A stretch of 63,197 bases of DNA, counting the filler, from Octopus bimaculoides (taxonomy: Eukaryota), in the NCBI RefSeq assembly GCF_001194135.2. It is 5 parts of 4 records of this genome, joined end to end, with 100 filler letters (N's around TTAATTAATTAA, not from the genome) between each part and the next. Parts side by side here need not be neighbours in the genome. Positions count along the whole stretch, not along the records: positions 38,793 to 61,113 come from NC_069004.1; 4 more parts are not named here. One strand, written 5' to 3'. The position numbers were made by a program, and so were the translations under genes. The stretch's first letter is position 1, and the number at the start of each line of letters is the position of its first letter. Positions 39,997 through 51,253 of the stretch are shown here, piece after piece. The notes under the pieces were generated by a model. That model ran no database searches and had not been told where the DNA came from. It saw only the letters and a program-made list of their open reading frames with translations.

Positions 39997-40025
39997 CATC
40001 TGGAGGTTCAGTAGGTGTGGTCGTT
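39997..40025 (-). CDS. Chitinase exon 9, 29-nt micro-exon (Thr/Pro linker RTTTPTEPPD)
   Basis: CTCTTTCAG acceptor and G|GTAAGT donor. It is the only way found to convert exon 8 (phase 2) to exon 10 (phase 1) without a stop. Confidence 0.85.
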
Positions 40026-40157
40026 CTGAAAGAGATGAAGTACGTATCAGATTATAAATCCACACAGTTAAAAAAAAAAAGAAAAGAAAAAAAAAACATT
40101 AAAAACATTTAATGTCTAACTTCCAAATGTAAGGATATCAATTATTAAAAAATATGG

Positions 40158-40230
<73 letters not shown>

Positions 40231-40347
40231 GTATATATATACATATATATATAGTAAAAATTATTTGCCAACATAACGTGGCAGTCCTGGCTTAGGACGA
40301 ATGTTACTGTTATTTGATTCCAGGAAACANNNNNNNNNNAAATATGG

Positions 40348-40420
<73 letters not shown>

Positions 40421-40462
40421 GTATATATATACATATATATATAGTAAAAATTATTTGCCAAC

Positions 40463-40540
40463 ATAACGTGGCAGTCCTGGCTTAGGACGAATGTTACTGT
40501 TATTTGATTCCAGGAAACATCGTCTCCAGCTGGCTATACG

Positions 40541-40572
<32 letters not shown>

Positions 40573-40654
40573 GTGTCGTATAGCCAGCTGGAGACGATGT
40601 TTCCTGGGGTTAAATAACAGTAACGTTCGTCCTAAACCAGGACTGCCACGTTAT
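40463..40654. mobile_element. Foldback MITE (about 85-bp arms, (CA)n spacer) in chitinase intron 8
   Basis: Near-perfect inverted arms ATAACGTGGCAGTCCTGG... / ...CCAGGACTGCCACGTTAT with TA ends. Confidence 0.85.
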
Positions 40655-40864
40655 ATTATATATATATATATGTAAATATATATATATACTCAGCATAACG
40701 AAGTTAATTCGGTTTCAGAACGTTTTACTACAAACATTGAAAATAAATCTACTCAAACTGTTTGCAATTGAAAGGAACTTAAAACCATCAGGATTATATG
40801 TAGGACATGATACATTGCAGCACATTCCTTCTCCTTAACAAACTTGTAAATCAGTTGATCTCAC

Positions 40865-41013
40865 CTTTGTGAAGTACTGTTAACGTTGCCTCCAAGAGCT
40901 TCAAGTAAGGCTTTCATTAGCGGATACTTCTCTCCACACATCCCAGAGAAATCATCCAACGGTAGTGCCCAGACCGCAATGCCACCTAGGCCTCTTGACT
41001 TCATCCATTCCAC
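40865..41013 (-). CDS. GH18 chitinase exon 8 (VEWMKSRGLGGIAVWALPLDDFSGMCGEKYPLMKAL...)
   Basis: TATCAG acceptor and AAG|GTGAGA donor. LGG.xVW..xDDF.G.C...YPL is the terminal GH18 motif. Confidence 0.93.
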
Positions 41014-41044
41014 CTGATAAATAACCATATAAGATAACATTATA

Positions 41045-41265
41045 TACGAAGAGGTACTGAAAAGTTCCTGGTTTTAAGGATATCACGAAAGGCCTGGTTT
41101 GAGGTCCAAATTTCCGAGTTCTTTTACAGGGCTTAGAAAAACTGAAGGACCACTGCAATAAGTGTGTGAATCTGAGAGGGGAATATGTTGCATAAAATCA
41201 CAATTAACTGATCCTCCTGTATCTTCTTTTCCCCAACGGCAAGAACTGTCCAGCACCACCAGGAT
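41045..41265. mobile_element. Mariner-derived MITE in chitinase intron 7
   Basis: Degenerate TIRs TACGAAGAGGTACTGAAAAGTTCC / AAGAACTGTCCAGCACCACC. Confidence 0.55.
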
Positions 41266-41636
41266 AGCTCTGACTAAGGAGAAAAAACAAAGCCAAAACA
41301 CCGGATGTTCCAAAGTCACCTTACCCTAATGAATCGAGTGTTTTATGAACTGACACACACACACGCATTACAAACACACACACACATATATAAAAAACAG
41401 ATTCAACATATTCTCCATCTACCAAATACATTCACAAGGCATTGGCCGACCCGGGCTATAGTATAAGACACTTGTCCAAAGTGCCAAGTGGGACTGAACC
41501 CGGAACCAAATAGCTTCCAAGCAAGCTTCTTAACCACACGGCCATGCCTATTAATGCATAAAAAAATATTTTCTAATCGCTTATCCACCAAACTCTTTAT
41601 CTGAGGGAAAAATAATAAAATATGAAACGAAAATAC

Positions 41637-41756
41637 CTTTAACTTCAAGCTTTTCGGATTTTCATATCCATACCATTGATCACCTTTGACGACGTAGGGT
41701 ACTTTCTGTTCTTCGATCCAGAAAACTTTCCCGCCTGATTGGATCATCAAACAAAT
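41637..41756 (-). CDS. GH18 chitinase exon 7 (ICLMIQSGGKVFWIEEQKVPYVVKGDQWYGYENPKSLKLK)
   Basis: AACAG acceptor and AAG|GTATTT donor. 120 nt, phase 0-0; VPY..KGxQWxGY motif. Confidence 0.93.
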
Positions 41757-42158
41757 CTGTTAATGAAGGCACGAATTTTTTTTTGTTAGAGCCTCGTTAT
41801 GAACGTTCCGTAAGACATTGCTAAAACAAAGCAGTTGTGTTTCCACGACTTGAAAAAAAAGGGGTTAAAACATGAAGAGAAGACGGTGATTTCTTTTAAT
41901 AATTCCACTGAAGAAACCCAAAGTTTACTCCAGATCAGATTCGATCAAGCAGGGCTAACTATTAAAGATGTCAAACCACGGCCTTTTCCTTTTATTTCTT
42001 TTCCACTAACATAAGTATATCTAGGGGTATATTATGAAATACTAGCAGAAAACCGTTGAGAGGGTGATGTTTCTGCTAGTATTTCAAAGTATCGGAAAGG
42101 GAAATCACTTATTTTTAATGAAAACAAGTGAAGACGGAGCTTTAAGAGAGAGATAGAT

Positions 42159-42207
<49 letters not shown>

Positions 42208-42753
42208 GATTTGTAAGCATAGAGAGAGGGAGGGGGGAGTTGTAAGGANNNNNNNNNNNNNNNNNNNNNNNNNNNNNNNNNNNNNNNNNNNNNNNNNNNN
42301 NNNNNNNNNNNNNNNNNNNNNNNNNNNNNNNNNNNNNNNNNNNNNNNNNNNNNNNNNNNNNNNNNNNNNNNNNNNNNNNNNNNNNNNNNNNNNNNNNNNN
42401 NNNNNNNNNNNNNNNNNNNNNNNNNNNNNNNNNNNNNNNNNNNNNNNNNNNNNNNNNNNNNNNNNNNNNNNNNNNNNNNNNNNNNNNNNNNNNNNNNNNN
42501 NNNNNNNNNNNNNNNNNNNNNNNNNNNNNNNNNNNNNNNNNNNNNNNNNNNNNNNNNNNNNNNNNNNNNNNNNNNNNNNNNNNNNNNNNNNNNNNNNNNN
42601 NNNNNNNNNNNNNNNNNNNNNNNNNNNNNNNNNNNNNNNNNNNNNNNNNNNNNNNNNNNNNNNNNNNNNNNNNNNNNNNNNNNNNNNNNNNNNNNNNNNN
42701 NNNNNNNNNNNNNNNNNNNNNNNNNNNNNNNNNNNNNNNNNNNNNNNNNNNNN

Positions 42754-42859
42754 GGTTAGTTTTAGACGCTAGGGTAAATCCCCGGCCATACGTTGGTAAA
42801 CCAATATTCAGCTTCTCAGGTGCAGCCCCTAAGTGGATCCAGTAATCGATGGTCCATTC
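42754..42859 (-). CDS. GH18 chitinase exon 6, partial (EWTIDYWIHLGAAPEKLNIGLPTYGRGFTLASKTN...), runs into N-gap
   Basis: TTTGCAG acceptor and the GxPxYGRGFTL motif. The expected remainder (up to YYE) would lie in gap 42250-42753. Confidence 0.92.
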
Positions 42860-42871
42860 CTGCAAATAATA

Positions 42872-42969
<98 letters not shown>

Positions 42970-43040
42970 ATATATATATGTATATGTGTGTACATCTGGC
43001 AGTGTAAGATAAAAGATAAACTCATAGTAAATAAACTTGC

Positions 43041-43164
43041 CGTATTCCGTGTCCTTTGCAAGGCTTGCTCATCAGCTCGGACAAAGAGAGGGCTATTGTG
43101 TCCTGTAAAGGATTCCCAAGTTCCGTGAAAATCGTATGTCATCACAACAAAGAAATCGAAGTAC
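43041..43164 (-). CDS. GH18 chitinase exon 5 (YFDFFVVMTYDFHGTWESFTGHNSPLF...RNT)
   Basis: TTTCTAG acceptor and MTYDFHG / GHNSPL motifs. Frame continuity with exon 6 requires a GCAAGT donor at 43040. Confidence 0.93.
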
Positions 43165-43871
43165 CTAGAAAAATATAAACATTTTTGAAGGGAAAGGGAT
43201 ATCTCGAAGCATATAAAGCTACAAATAATACCGTGCAAATATATATTTTTTAATCTTTATATCACCGTTCCAAAACAGAATTTATTTCACGTTCTCTCAA
43301 AGTTTCTAAATTTTTATGACGTCAATAATTATCGTTTACGTCATATGAATTTAGAAACATTGAGAGAACGTTAAGTAATTCTTATTTTTACGGCTCAACT
43401 CGAAGCAGATAAAGCTATAATTAAAAGCGTGCAAATACTGGGTTAAAAACCCACTGGTAGCCTTCGGCTTATTTATAGTAGCCATGGGCAATCTTTTTCA
43501 AGAAGCGGACCGCATGCGACATGGCTCGTTGTCAAGTAGGCGAAGCGTACCATTCTGAGAGTCCCGTGGGCCGCACTTTGCATATGACTGATTTATATTT
43601 GTATCTACTTCGAATGTAAACATTAAAAAGGAGTTATAAACAATCTTTTTTTAATGAAGTTTAAGAAACCTTTTTAGAAATGGAAAGGGAGACGGTTTGC
43701 AGTGCATTCCTTCCTTAATAACGAGGTTAGTTCTTTCATACTTGATGTAACGAGGAAAATTGTTTAATTTATAAACACCATAATTATGTGGTGAGAAGTT
43801 TGACAGTAAAATGCAGTAAAATGACGTTATTCAACGCATCGATTTACACTATTAAACACTTGTACAGGCAC

Positions 43872-43935
<64 letters not shown>

Positions 43936-44098
43936 TACACTAATTTCTGTGTTGCTTCACATTAAATTATTCTATACGAGTTGTAGAAGTTAGACCTCTA
44001 CGAGTCAGGAATTTGAAGTATTAAAATGCTCGGCTGCGTCTCTGACTATAAACAGCTTTCCGCTATTAGTCTGACGTGGGACATGGGTATGTGGTAAA

Positions 44099-44147
<49 letters not shown>

Positions 44148-44182
44148 TGTGTGTGTGTGTGTATGAGGGAGAGAGAGAGGGG

Positions 44183-44420
44183 GCACATGGCGTAGTTGCA
44201 CTCACTATCGCGAGATCATGGTTTCAATTCCTTGACCGGGTGGTGCGTTGTATTCTTGAGCAAAACACTTCATTTCACGTTACTTTGCGAGCACTTCGAC
44301 ACCTGACCCGTGGTAGACTTGTGCACCTGTTCAGGCAGCATCGGTTTGATGCAGAGAGTGAGCTGATGCGCGGCGCGACGAACTAGAAACCAATCATTTG
44401 TGCAGAGTGTTCGGCAAGAA
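44183..44420 (+). mobile_element. tRNA-derived SINE (family C); minus-strand relative at about 2805-3030
   Basis: Shared TTGTGTTCTTGAGCAAAACACTTCATTTCA core. Confidence 0.7.
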
Positions 44421-44532
44421 ATTGCAGAACCATCTTTTTCGGACCACGACGAGAGACTACCATATATATCGACTCCGCCAATCCAACACTCGATACATAT
44501 TGAAATAGTGACTCTACCATAATAGAACTTAC

Positions 44533-44657
44533 TTTGAAAGTGTGGCCACGTCATAACCAGAATCTACAGCGTATTTTGCCGTGGGTACAGCACTTATCAA
44601 CAGAAGTCTGTCTTTACCAGATCTCTTAGCCTCAGCTTCAAATGCTTGCCTGGCTTC
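44533..44657 (-). CDS. GH18 chitinase exon 4 (EARQAFEAEAKRSGKDRLLLISAVPTAKYAVDSGYDVATLSK)
   Basis: Absent from the ORF track and found by manual translation. TTTTTCAG acceptor and GTAAGT donor. Phase 0 in, phase 2 out, matching both neighbours; typical GH18 segment. Confidence 0.93.
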
Positions 44658-45327
44658 CTGAAAAACGAGAAGATAAGCATTACAGTTTGGGCAGAGCCAG
44701 TCCCACTCTCTAGTCCTTCATACTTTTATTGGTTTGGTACAACAAATACTACGAGCCCAATAATCATCAGGCTTTGTATGGAGTTATCTTCTCTTAGGTG
44801 AGCAGCCAATGAGCTGAAGGTTCTCATTATATAGAACAACTGTGTGAGATTAATATCATATTTAACAGTTTGCGGGAAAGCCCAAGAAATTTCGATAAGT
44901 TTACAAAAGATTTCGTATTTTTTCCATGGATTTCTAAGACACGAGTCTTCTATTACTACAACAGCGACCTCTGTTTCTTGGGATCTGTTGGTTTCGTATC
45001 ATCCTTAATTAGCATCCCTGGACTCACTCATCTCTTTTTCTGTCCCCACCCAGAGAGGGTTCTCAATTCGAAGCCCCAAAGTGCCTATTTTTATCTAGTA
45101 TTTCTTTCCCGGAAACTCAGTTCGCTGGAATTTTCTCTCTATTCCTATTTTATAGCAAACCTGTTCAAAGGGGGCTTCAAAGGCAGCGACTTCACGGGTT
45201 TCAGAGGGAGTACGAAAGTCATAGGCACCAATCCTTCCTCAAAGTGAAACTAATTTTTAAAATGTGCATCGTAAAATAAATGGCAAATGTTGAATTCAGA
45301 AAAAAAAAATAACGGAATTATTCAAAC

Positions 45328-45580
45328 CTTAATAAGCATCGAAAATCTGTTTTTGTCTTCAGGTGGACTGCCACGGTTGGCTGGATACTCCCAGTCAATA
45401 TCTAAACCGTCAAAGCCTCTCTTCCTCATCCAAGTTATGGCATGATCGATGAAATCTTTTCTGTTGGCAGCATTAGCAACCATCGCAGTAAAGGGAGCAG
45501 ATCCCATGTCCCAACCACCCAGAGAAATCAGGATTTTCAAAGAAGGGTTTATTTTCTTCAGATTTAGAGTTCTTTCATAC
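45328..45580 (-). CDS. GH18 chitinase exon 3 (SLGGW and catalytic FDGLDIDWEYP)
   Basis: TTGCAG acceptor and AAG|GTTTGA donor. The DxxDxDxE catalytic motif is intact. Phase 2 in, phase 0 out. Confidence 0.97.
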
Positions 45581-45839
45581 CTGCAAGGTAAACAATTGGA
45601 ATCCTGATCAATTACTCCTCGGATATTTGTTGTCATTGGATTGTTCTAAAGGTTAAGATGTTAGTATAGCATTTTTAGGGACAAGGTCGACAATTTTGAG
45701 GGGAGGGGCTAATCGATACTGTCAACCCCCAGTACATGGTTAGTACTTTATTCCATGGACGCCTAAGAAATAAGAGGTAAAAAGCTGATTCTGGTGTGAT
45801 TCGAATCCAGAATGTAAAGAGTCAGAACAATGCATGTGG

Positions 45840-46550
45840 AAATATACAACTCTCGAAACACCAATGGGATAACAGCTACTGAAATACAGAAACCTAGTTA
45901 GACTAAACGGTTAACGCCCAATGAATTCCTTACCCCTTGTTAAACTAAAGGGGATAACGCCTATTGAAATGCACAATCGTTGTTAGACTAAAGAGTTAAC
46001 ACCTTTTGAAATATGCAAATCAGGCTAAAGGATTATCGTCTGATGAATTGTTTTACCCCTGTTAGACTAAAGGGGAAACAACTATCGAAGGGTTAACACC
46101 TATTAAAATATACAAGTATAGACTAAAGGTTTAATGCTTATGGAAATTTATAACTCTAGATAGATAAATGGGATAACATTTGAAATGCACAACCCTCGTA
46201 GGCTAACGGGTTAATACTTAATGAATTGCCTAATCTTTGTTAGATTAAAGGGGATGACACCAAATGAAATACACAAGATTAGTTAGACTAAAAGATTAAC
46301 ACTTAGGGAAATTCATAGCCCTAGTTTGAATAAAGAATAAACAGTGAAATACACAAACTTAGTTAGACTAATGGGATAACAATTATAGGAATAAGCTGCT
46401 GTTGATAGATTAATGCGATAACACCTGATGAAATACACAATCCTAGCTTGACGAAAGGGTCAACATCTATGGAAATACACAAACGTAGTTAGAAAAGGGT
46501 TATCACAGTGACATACACCCCATAGGGTTAACAGCTAAAATAAAGAGAAA
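45840..46550. repeat. About 42-bp degenerate minisatellite in chitinase intron 2
   Basis: Unit approximately TGAAATACACAACCCTAGTTAGACTAAAGGGTTAACACCTAT, about 16-17 copies. Confidence 0.8.
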
Positions 46551-46592
46551 TACGCAATAAATTGTAATAATTAGAAAATATATAAAACTTAC

Positions 46593-46779
46593 AAGCCCTT
46601 CATCCAGGGTCTGGATTCATCATTAGGATACGTGGGCGCAATGTGATTCCCATCAAGTTTGGCAAAAGCATAGCAAATATGTGTACAGTGGTAGGGGTTT
46701 ATGTCTTCCGGTTCAAATTTACCTGCAGCCGGCACAGTCTGGGACCAGTTTGTATAGTAACAGACACGCCTGTAAGTGG
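46593..46779 (-). CDS. GH18 chitinase exon 2 (ATYRRVCYYTNWSQ...CTHICYAFA...WMKGL)
   Basis: TTTTCAG acceptor and GTAAGT donor. VCYYTNW and CTHxxYAFA are hallmark N-terminal motifs of animal GH18 chitinases. Confidence 0.95.
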
Positions 46780-47287
46780 CTGAAAACAAACCAACAAACA
46801 AAAAAGGGGGAGGGTGTTTTAAAATCAATAAAGTATGAGATCGTATAACCATTTAGTGAAATAACAGATAGCAAGTGTAATATCAGAGAGTTAGTAGTAG
46901 CAATATCAACACACACTAAGACAGCGGGCTGGTAGAATCGTTTGCACGCCGGACGAAATGCTTAGTGGCGTTTCGTCCGTCTTTACGTTTTGGGATAAAA
47001 TTCTGTGGAGGTCGTCTTTGCCTTTCGTCCCTGTCGGAGTCGATAAAATAAATAGCAGTTAACCCCCCTCCCCCGGGGATCGTTGTAATCGACTCCCCCC
47101 ATCCCCCGAAGTTGCGGACATTTGAAACCGATATCATCACACACTGTCACTGATATCAGAAGAGTAGCAGCAATAGTATCACATGATATCAATCGTAGCA
47201 TTTTAGGTAAGGCAGTCGTTATACAACGTATCAAGACGATAATTGGGACTACTTATATCGTAGTAGCACAACGATATTATTATGATG

Positions 47288-47345
<58 letters not shown>

Positions 47346-47506
47346 GGTGCATGCGTGTACTTTTACATTAAAAATAATACGGTATAATTTGAGGAATACA
47401 AAGCTGCTATTTCTAGCAGCTTTGTATTCCTAAAAAAAAAAGGGTTCCTAGTTTGTATATGTCGCTTCTTGTAAGTTGTATAACACATATTAAAAGAGAT
47501 TCTTAC

Positions 47507-47567
47507 CGTTGTTGGCAGCAATGAGAGTCAGGAGAGTCGAGAGAGTCAGTAACCGAAGGATGGCCAT
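47507..47567 (-). CDS. GH18 chitinase exon 1 (signal peptide MAILRLLTLSTLLTLIAANN)
   Basis: ATG at 47567, then 20 hydrophobic codons plus 1 nt and a G|GTAAGA donor. Phase 1 joins exon 2 in frame. Confidence 0.85.
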
Positions 47568-47722
47568 CACACGCTGTTGTGAAAATATGTAGGAGGGAAA
47601 AAGAAAAGGTTTGTTTTGAGAAATATTGCGAACTTTTGGTAGGAAATAAGATTTGGATGTGGAGTAGTAGACTTTATTATGGCAGTAGGATTAGAATGAA
47701 AGGAAGTGGAAAAGAGGGAGTG

Positions 47723-47767
<45 letters not shown>

Positions 47768-48653
47768 AGAGTGAGAAATCCGCAAACAGATAAACAAACA
47801 CACACACACACTCGCATATCTACGAATAGTTCGTGGCTTTGGGTAAAAGAAAATACAGGTTAATTATGATTTTATTCAACATGTTCCCCTCTCAGATTCA
47901 CACATTTATTGCAGCAGTCCTTNNNNNNNNNNNNNNNNNNNNNNNNNNNNNNNNNNNNNNNNNNNNNNNNNNNNNNNNNNNNNNNNNNNNNNNNNNNNNN
48001 NNNNNNNNNNNNNNNNNNNNNNNNNNNNNNNNNNNNNNNNNNNNNNNNNNNNNNNNNNNNNNNNNNNNNNNNNNNNNNNNNNNNNNNNNNNNNNNNNNNN
48101 NNNNNNNNNNNNNNNNNNNNNNNNNNNNNNNNNNNNNNNNNNNNNNNNNNNNNNNNNNNNNNNNNNNNNNNNNNNNNNNNNNNNNNNNNNNNNNNNNNNN
48201 NNNNNNNNNNNNNNNNNNNNNNNNNNNNNNNNNNNNNNNNNNNNNNNNNNNNNNNNNNNNNNNNNNNNNNNNNNNNNNNNNNNNNNNNNNNNNNNNNNNN
48301 NNNNNNNNNNNNNNNNNNNNNNNNNNNNNNNNNNNNNNNNNNNNNNNNNNNNNNNNNNNNNNNNNNNNNNNNNNNNNNNNNNNNNNNNNNNNNNNNNNNN
48401 NNNNNNNNNNNNNNNNNNNNNNNNNNNNNNNNNNNNNNNNNNNNNNNNNNNNNNNNNNNNNNNNNNNNNNNNNNNNNNNNNNNNNNNNNNNNNNNNNNNN
48501 NNNNNNNNNNNNNNNNNNNNNNNNNNNNNNNNNNNNNNNNNNNNNNNNNNNNNNNNNNNNNNNNNNNNNNNNNNNNNNNNNNNNNNNNNNNNNNNNNNNN
48601 NNNNNNNNNNNNNNNNNNNNNNNNNNNNNNNNNNNNNNNNNNNNNNNNNNNNN

Positions 48654-48714
<61 letters not shown>

Positions 48715-48908
48715 ATATATGCAAAATCCTCCGCAAAACCACCCAATACTCCACAATGCGTTAATGCTGTCACGTGTATTTTTCCATCCCTGCATTAACC
48801 TTGTTCTGCTAACAGACACCTTTTGTCCCAATGACTCACTGTATTGTTTTACTGTATAGAACGAAATAGATAATAGTCTATAGCGTAACCACTATTGCAA
48901 TGACTTAC

Positions 48909-49074
48909 AACTATTGTGACGACTGTTACTAAAAGGCCTTGTTGTCAAAGATGAAGTCCGTCAAGAACATACTTAAGCGAGAGTGCGGTGAATCTAAAAA
49001 TTATTTAATAAAAATTACATTCATAATAGAAGAGAAAGTCAAAAAAAATAAATCAGCGTTAATGATAATTTATA
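48909..49074 (-). promoter_or_regulatory. Possible non-coding first exon and TATA of the chitinase
   Basis: An acceptor-like pyrimidine tract plus CAG lies 6 nt before the chitinase ATG. On the minus strand there is a GTAAGT donor at 48908 and TATAAA at 49069-49074. Speculative. Confidence 0.25.
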
Positions 49075-49294
49075 TCAAGAAAGACAAGGGAAATTACTCT
49101 CAAATTAAAATTGATAAAATAGTGAATGGAGACATAACGTGCGGAGTCAGTCATTTGGGTGGGTCTTTTTCTTTACCTGTCTACCTAGATAGGTTAATAA
49201 GTCTCTTAACCTTCTTATATATATATGTGTGTGTGTATGTGTGTGTACGTAAGTATGTATGTATACCTAATATACATACCCTGGTATATATATA

Positions 49295-49361
<67 letters not shown>

Positions 49362-50194
49362 NNNNNNNNNNNNNNNNNNNNNNNNNNNNNNNNNNNNNNN
49401 NNNNNNNNNNNNNNNNNNNNNNNNNNNNNNNNNNNNNNNNNNNNNNNNNNNNNNNNNNNNNNNNNNNNNNNNNNNNNNNNNNNNNNNNNNNNNNNNNNNN
49501 NNNNNNNNNNNNNNNNNNNNNNNNNNNNNNNNNNNNNNNNNNNNNNNNNNNNNNNNNNNNNNNNNNNNNNNNNNNNNNNNNNNNNNNNNNNNNNNNNNNN
49601 NNNNNNNNNNNNNNNNNNNNNNNNNNNNNNNNNNNNNNNNNNNNNNNNNNNNNNNNNNNNNNNNNNNNNNNNNNNNNNNNNNNNNNNNNNNNNNNNNNNN
49701 NNNNNNNNNNNNNNNNNNNNNNNNNNNNNNNNNNNNNNNNNNNNNNNNNNNNNNNNNNNNNNNNNNNNNNNNNNNNNNNNNNNNNNNNNNNNNNNNNNNN
49801 NNNNNNNNNNNNNNNNNNNNNNNNNNNNNNNNNNNNNNNNNNNNNNNNNNNNNNNNNNNNNNNNNNNNNNNNNNNNNNNNNNNNNNNNNNNNNNNNNNNN
49901 NNNNNNNNNNNNNNNNNNNNNNNNNNNNNNNNNNNNNNNNNNNNNNNNNNNNNNNNNNNNNNNNNNNNNNNNNNNNNNNNNNNNNNNNNNNNNNNNNNNN
50001 NNNNNNNNNNNNNNNNNNNNNNNNNNNNNNNNNNNNNNNNNNNNNNNNNNNNNNNNNNNNNNNNNNNNNNNNNNNNNNNNNNNNNNNNNNNNNNNNNNNN
50101 NNNNNNNNNNNNNNNNNNNNNNNNNNNNNNNNNNNNNNNNNNNNNNNNNNNNNNNNNNNNNNNNNNNNNNNNNNNNNNNNNNNNNNNNNNNNNN

Positions 50195-50250
<56 letters not shown>

Positions 50251-50479
50251 TGTATGTATGTCTATGTGTGTGTATCTTTCTGTCTGTGTCCCCTCCCACC
50301 TCCGTTTGACAATCGGTGTTGGTGTGTTTGCATTCCCGTAACTTAGCGGTTCGTCAAAAGAACCCGACAGAATGAGTCAAAAGAGACTGAAGAATTCGAC
50401 TAAAAATTCTTCAAGGTGGTGCTCCAGAATGACCGCAGTCTAAACAAATAAAAAAAGATAAAGTAGCTGCCATGCTTCT

Positions 50480-50910
50480 GCACCATCCCTCAGTACATCA
50501 TAAGCTATACACTATGTTCCTAACCTTACAGCTAACTTGTGGGTTCATCCTATATGCAATATAATTGTTCTCCCAAAGGGACAGGATTGGAGTGTACAAA
50601 GAAGTCAGAGCTAACTGCAAAACCATCATAGAGAGTGATGCAAAGGGGATCTGCCCCGCTATACAGAAGTAATTCCTGGAACAACACAGAAAGGGCCAGA
50701 AAAAAGATAGGTACGGCCAACTCATGGTATGATAACAGAAAATACCAGAGTGTCATTAAAGTTGTAGAAAGGCCTGGTGCACCTATAAGATCCCTGATCT
50801 GAGGAACTTATCCATTCGATAGGTCCCCACGTGCAAGAGCACACACGAAGACGGAAAGTGTCATTGAGGAAGTTACAAATGTGTGACGAAAGATTTCCGA
50901 ACAATGGACA
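50480..50910 (+). mobile_element. Highly decayed CR1/Jockey-superfamily RT C-terminal fragment
   Basis: Broken VHPI..YNCS and IPDLRNLS motifs with many stops. Confidence 0.35.
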
Positions 50911-51013
50911 TGAGTTAGAATAAGAACAATAATTAACAAGTGAAGAACGAATATATGGTGCGTGTGTTTATTTGACAAAAAAAAATTTTAAATGACCATC
51001 CCGAAATACAACA

Positions 51014-51102
<89 letters not shown>

Positions 51103-51188
51103 CATATATATACATATGAAGAGAGAGAGAGAGAGAGGGGGAGGGGGAGAGGGAGGGAGAGAGAGAGCATGAGTGAGATAGATAAATA

Positions 51189-51245
<57 letters not shown>

Positions 51246-51253
51246 CAGACAGA

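Noticed and set aside
40149-40520. 180-bp tandem duplication
   Set aside because: An identical copy lies on each side of a 10-N gap, which indicates a contig-overlap artefact.
42032-42110. RYFEIL in the ORF track resembling the missing chitinase YYEIC motif
   Set aside because: It is an arm of a 17-bp inverted repeat. The true IC.. exon starts at 41756 and the YYE part should be in the gap.
44870-45247. 125-aa plus-strand ORF in chitinase intron 3
   Set aside because: TTG start, no recognisable motif and antisense within an intron; probably decayed repeat.
46030-46085. CTGATGA...GAAAC spacing suggestive of another hammerhead
   Set aside because: No stem I or correctly placed stem II; it is part of the 42-bp minisatellite.
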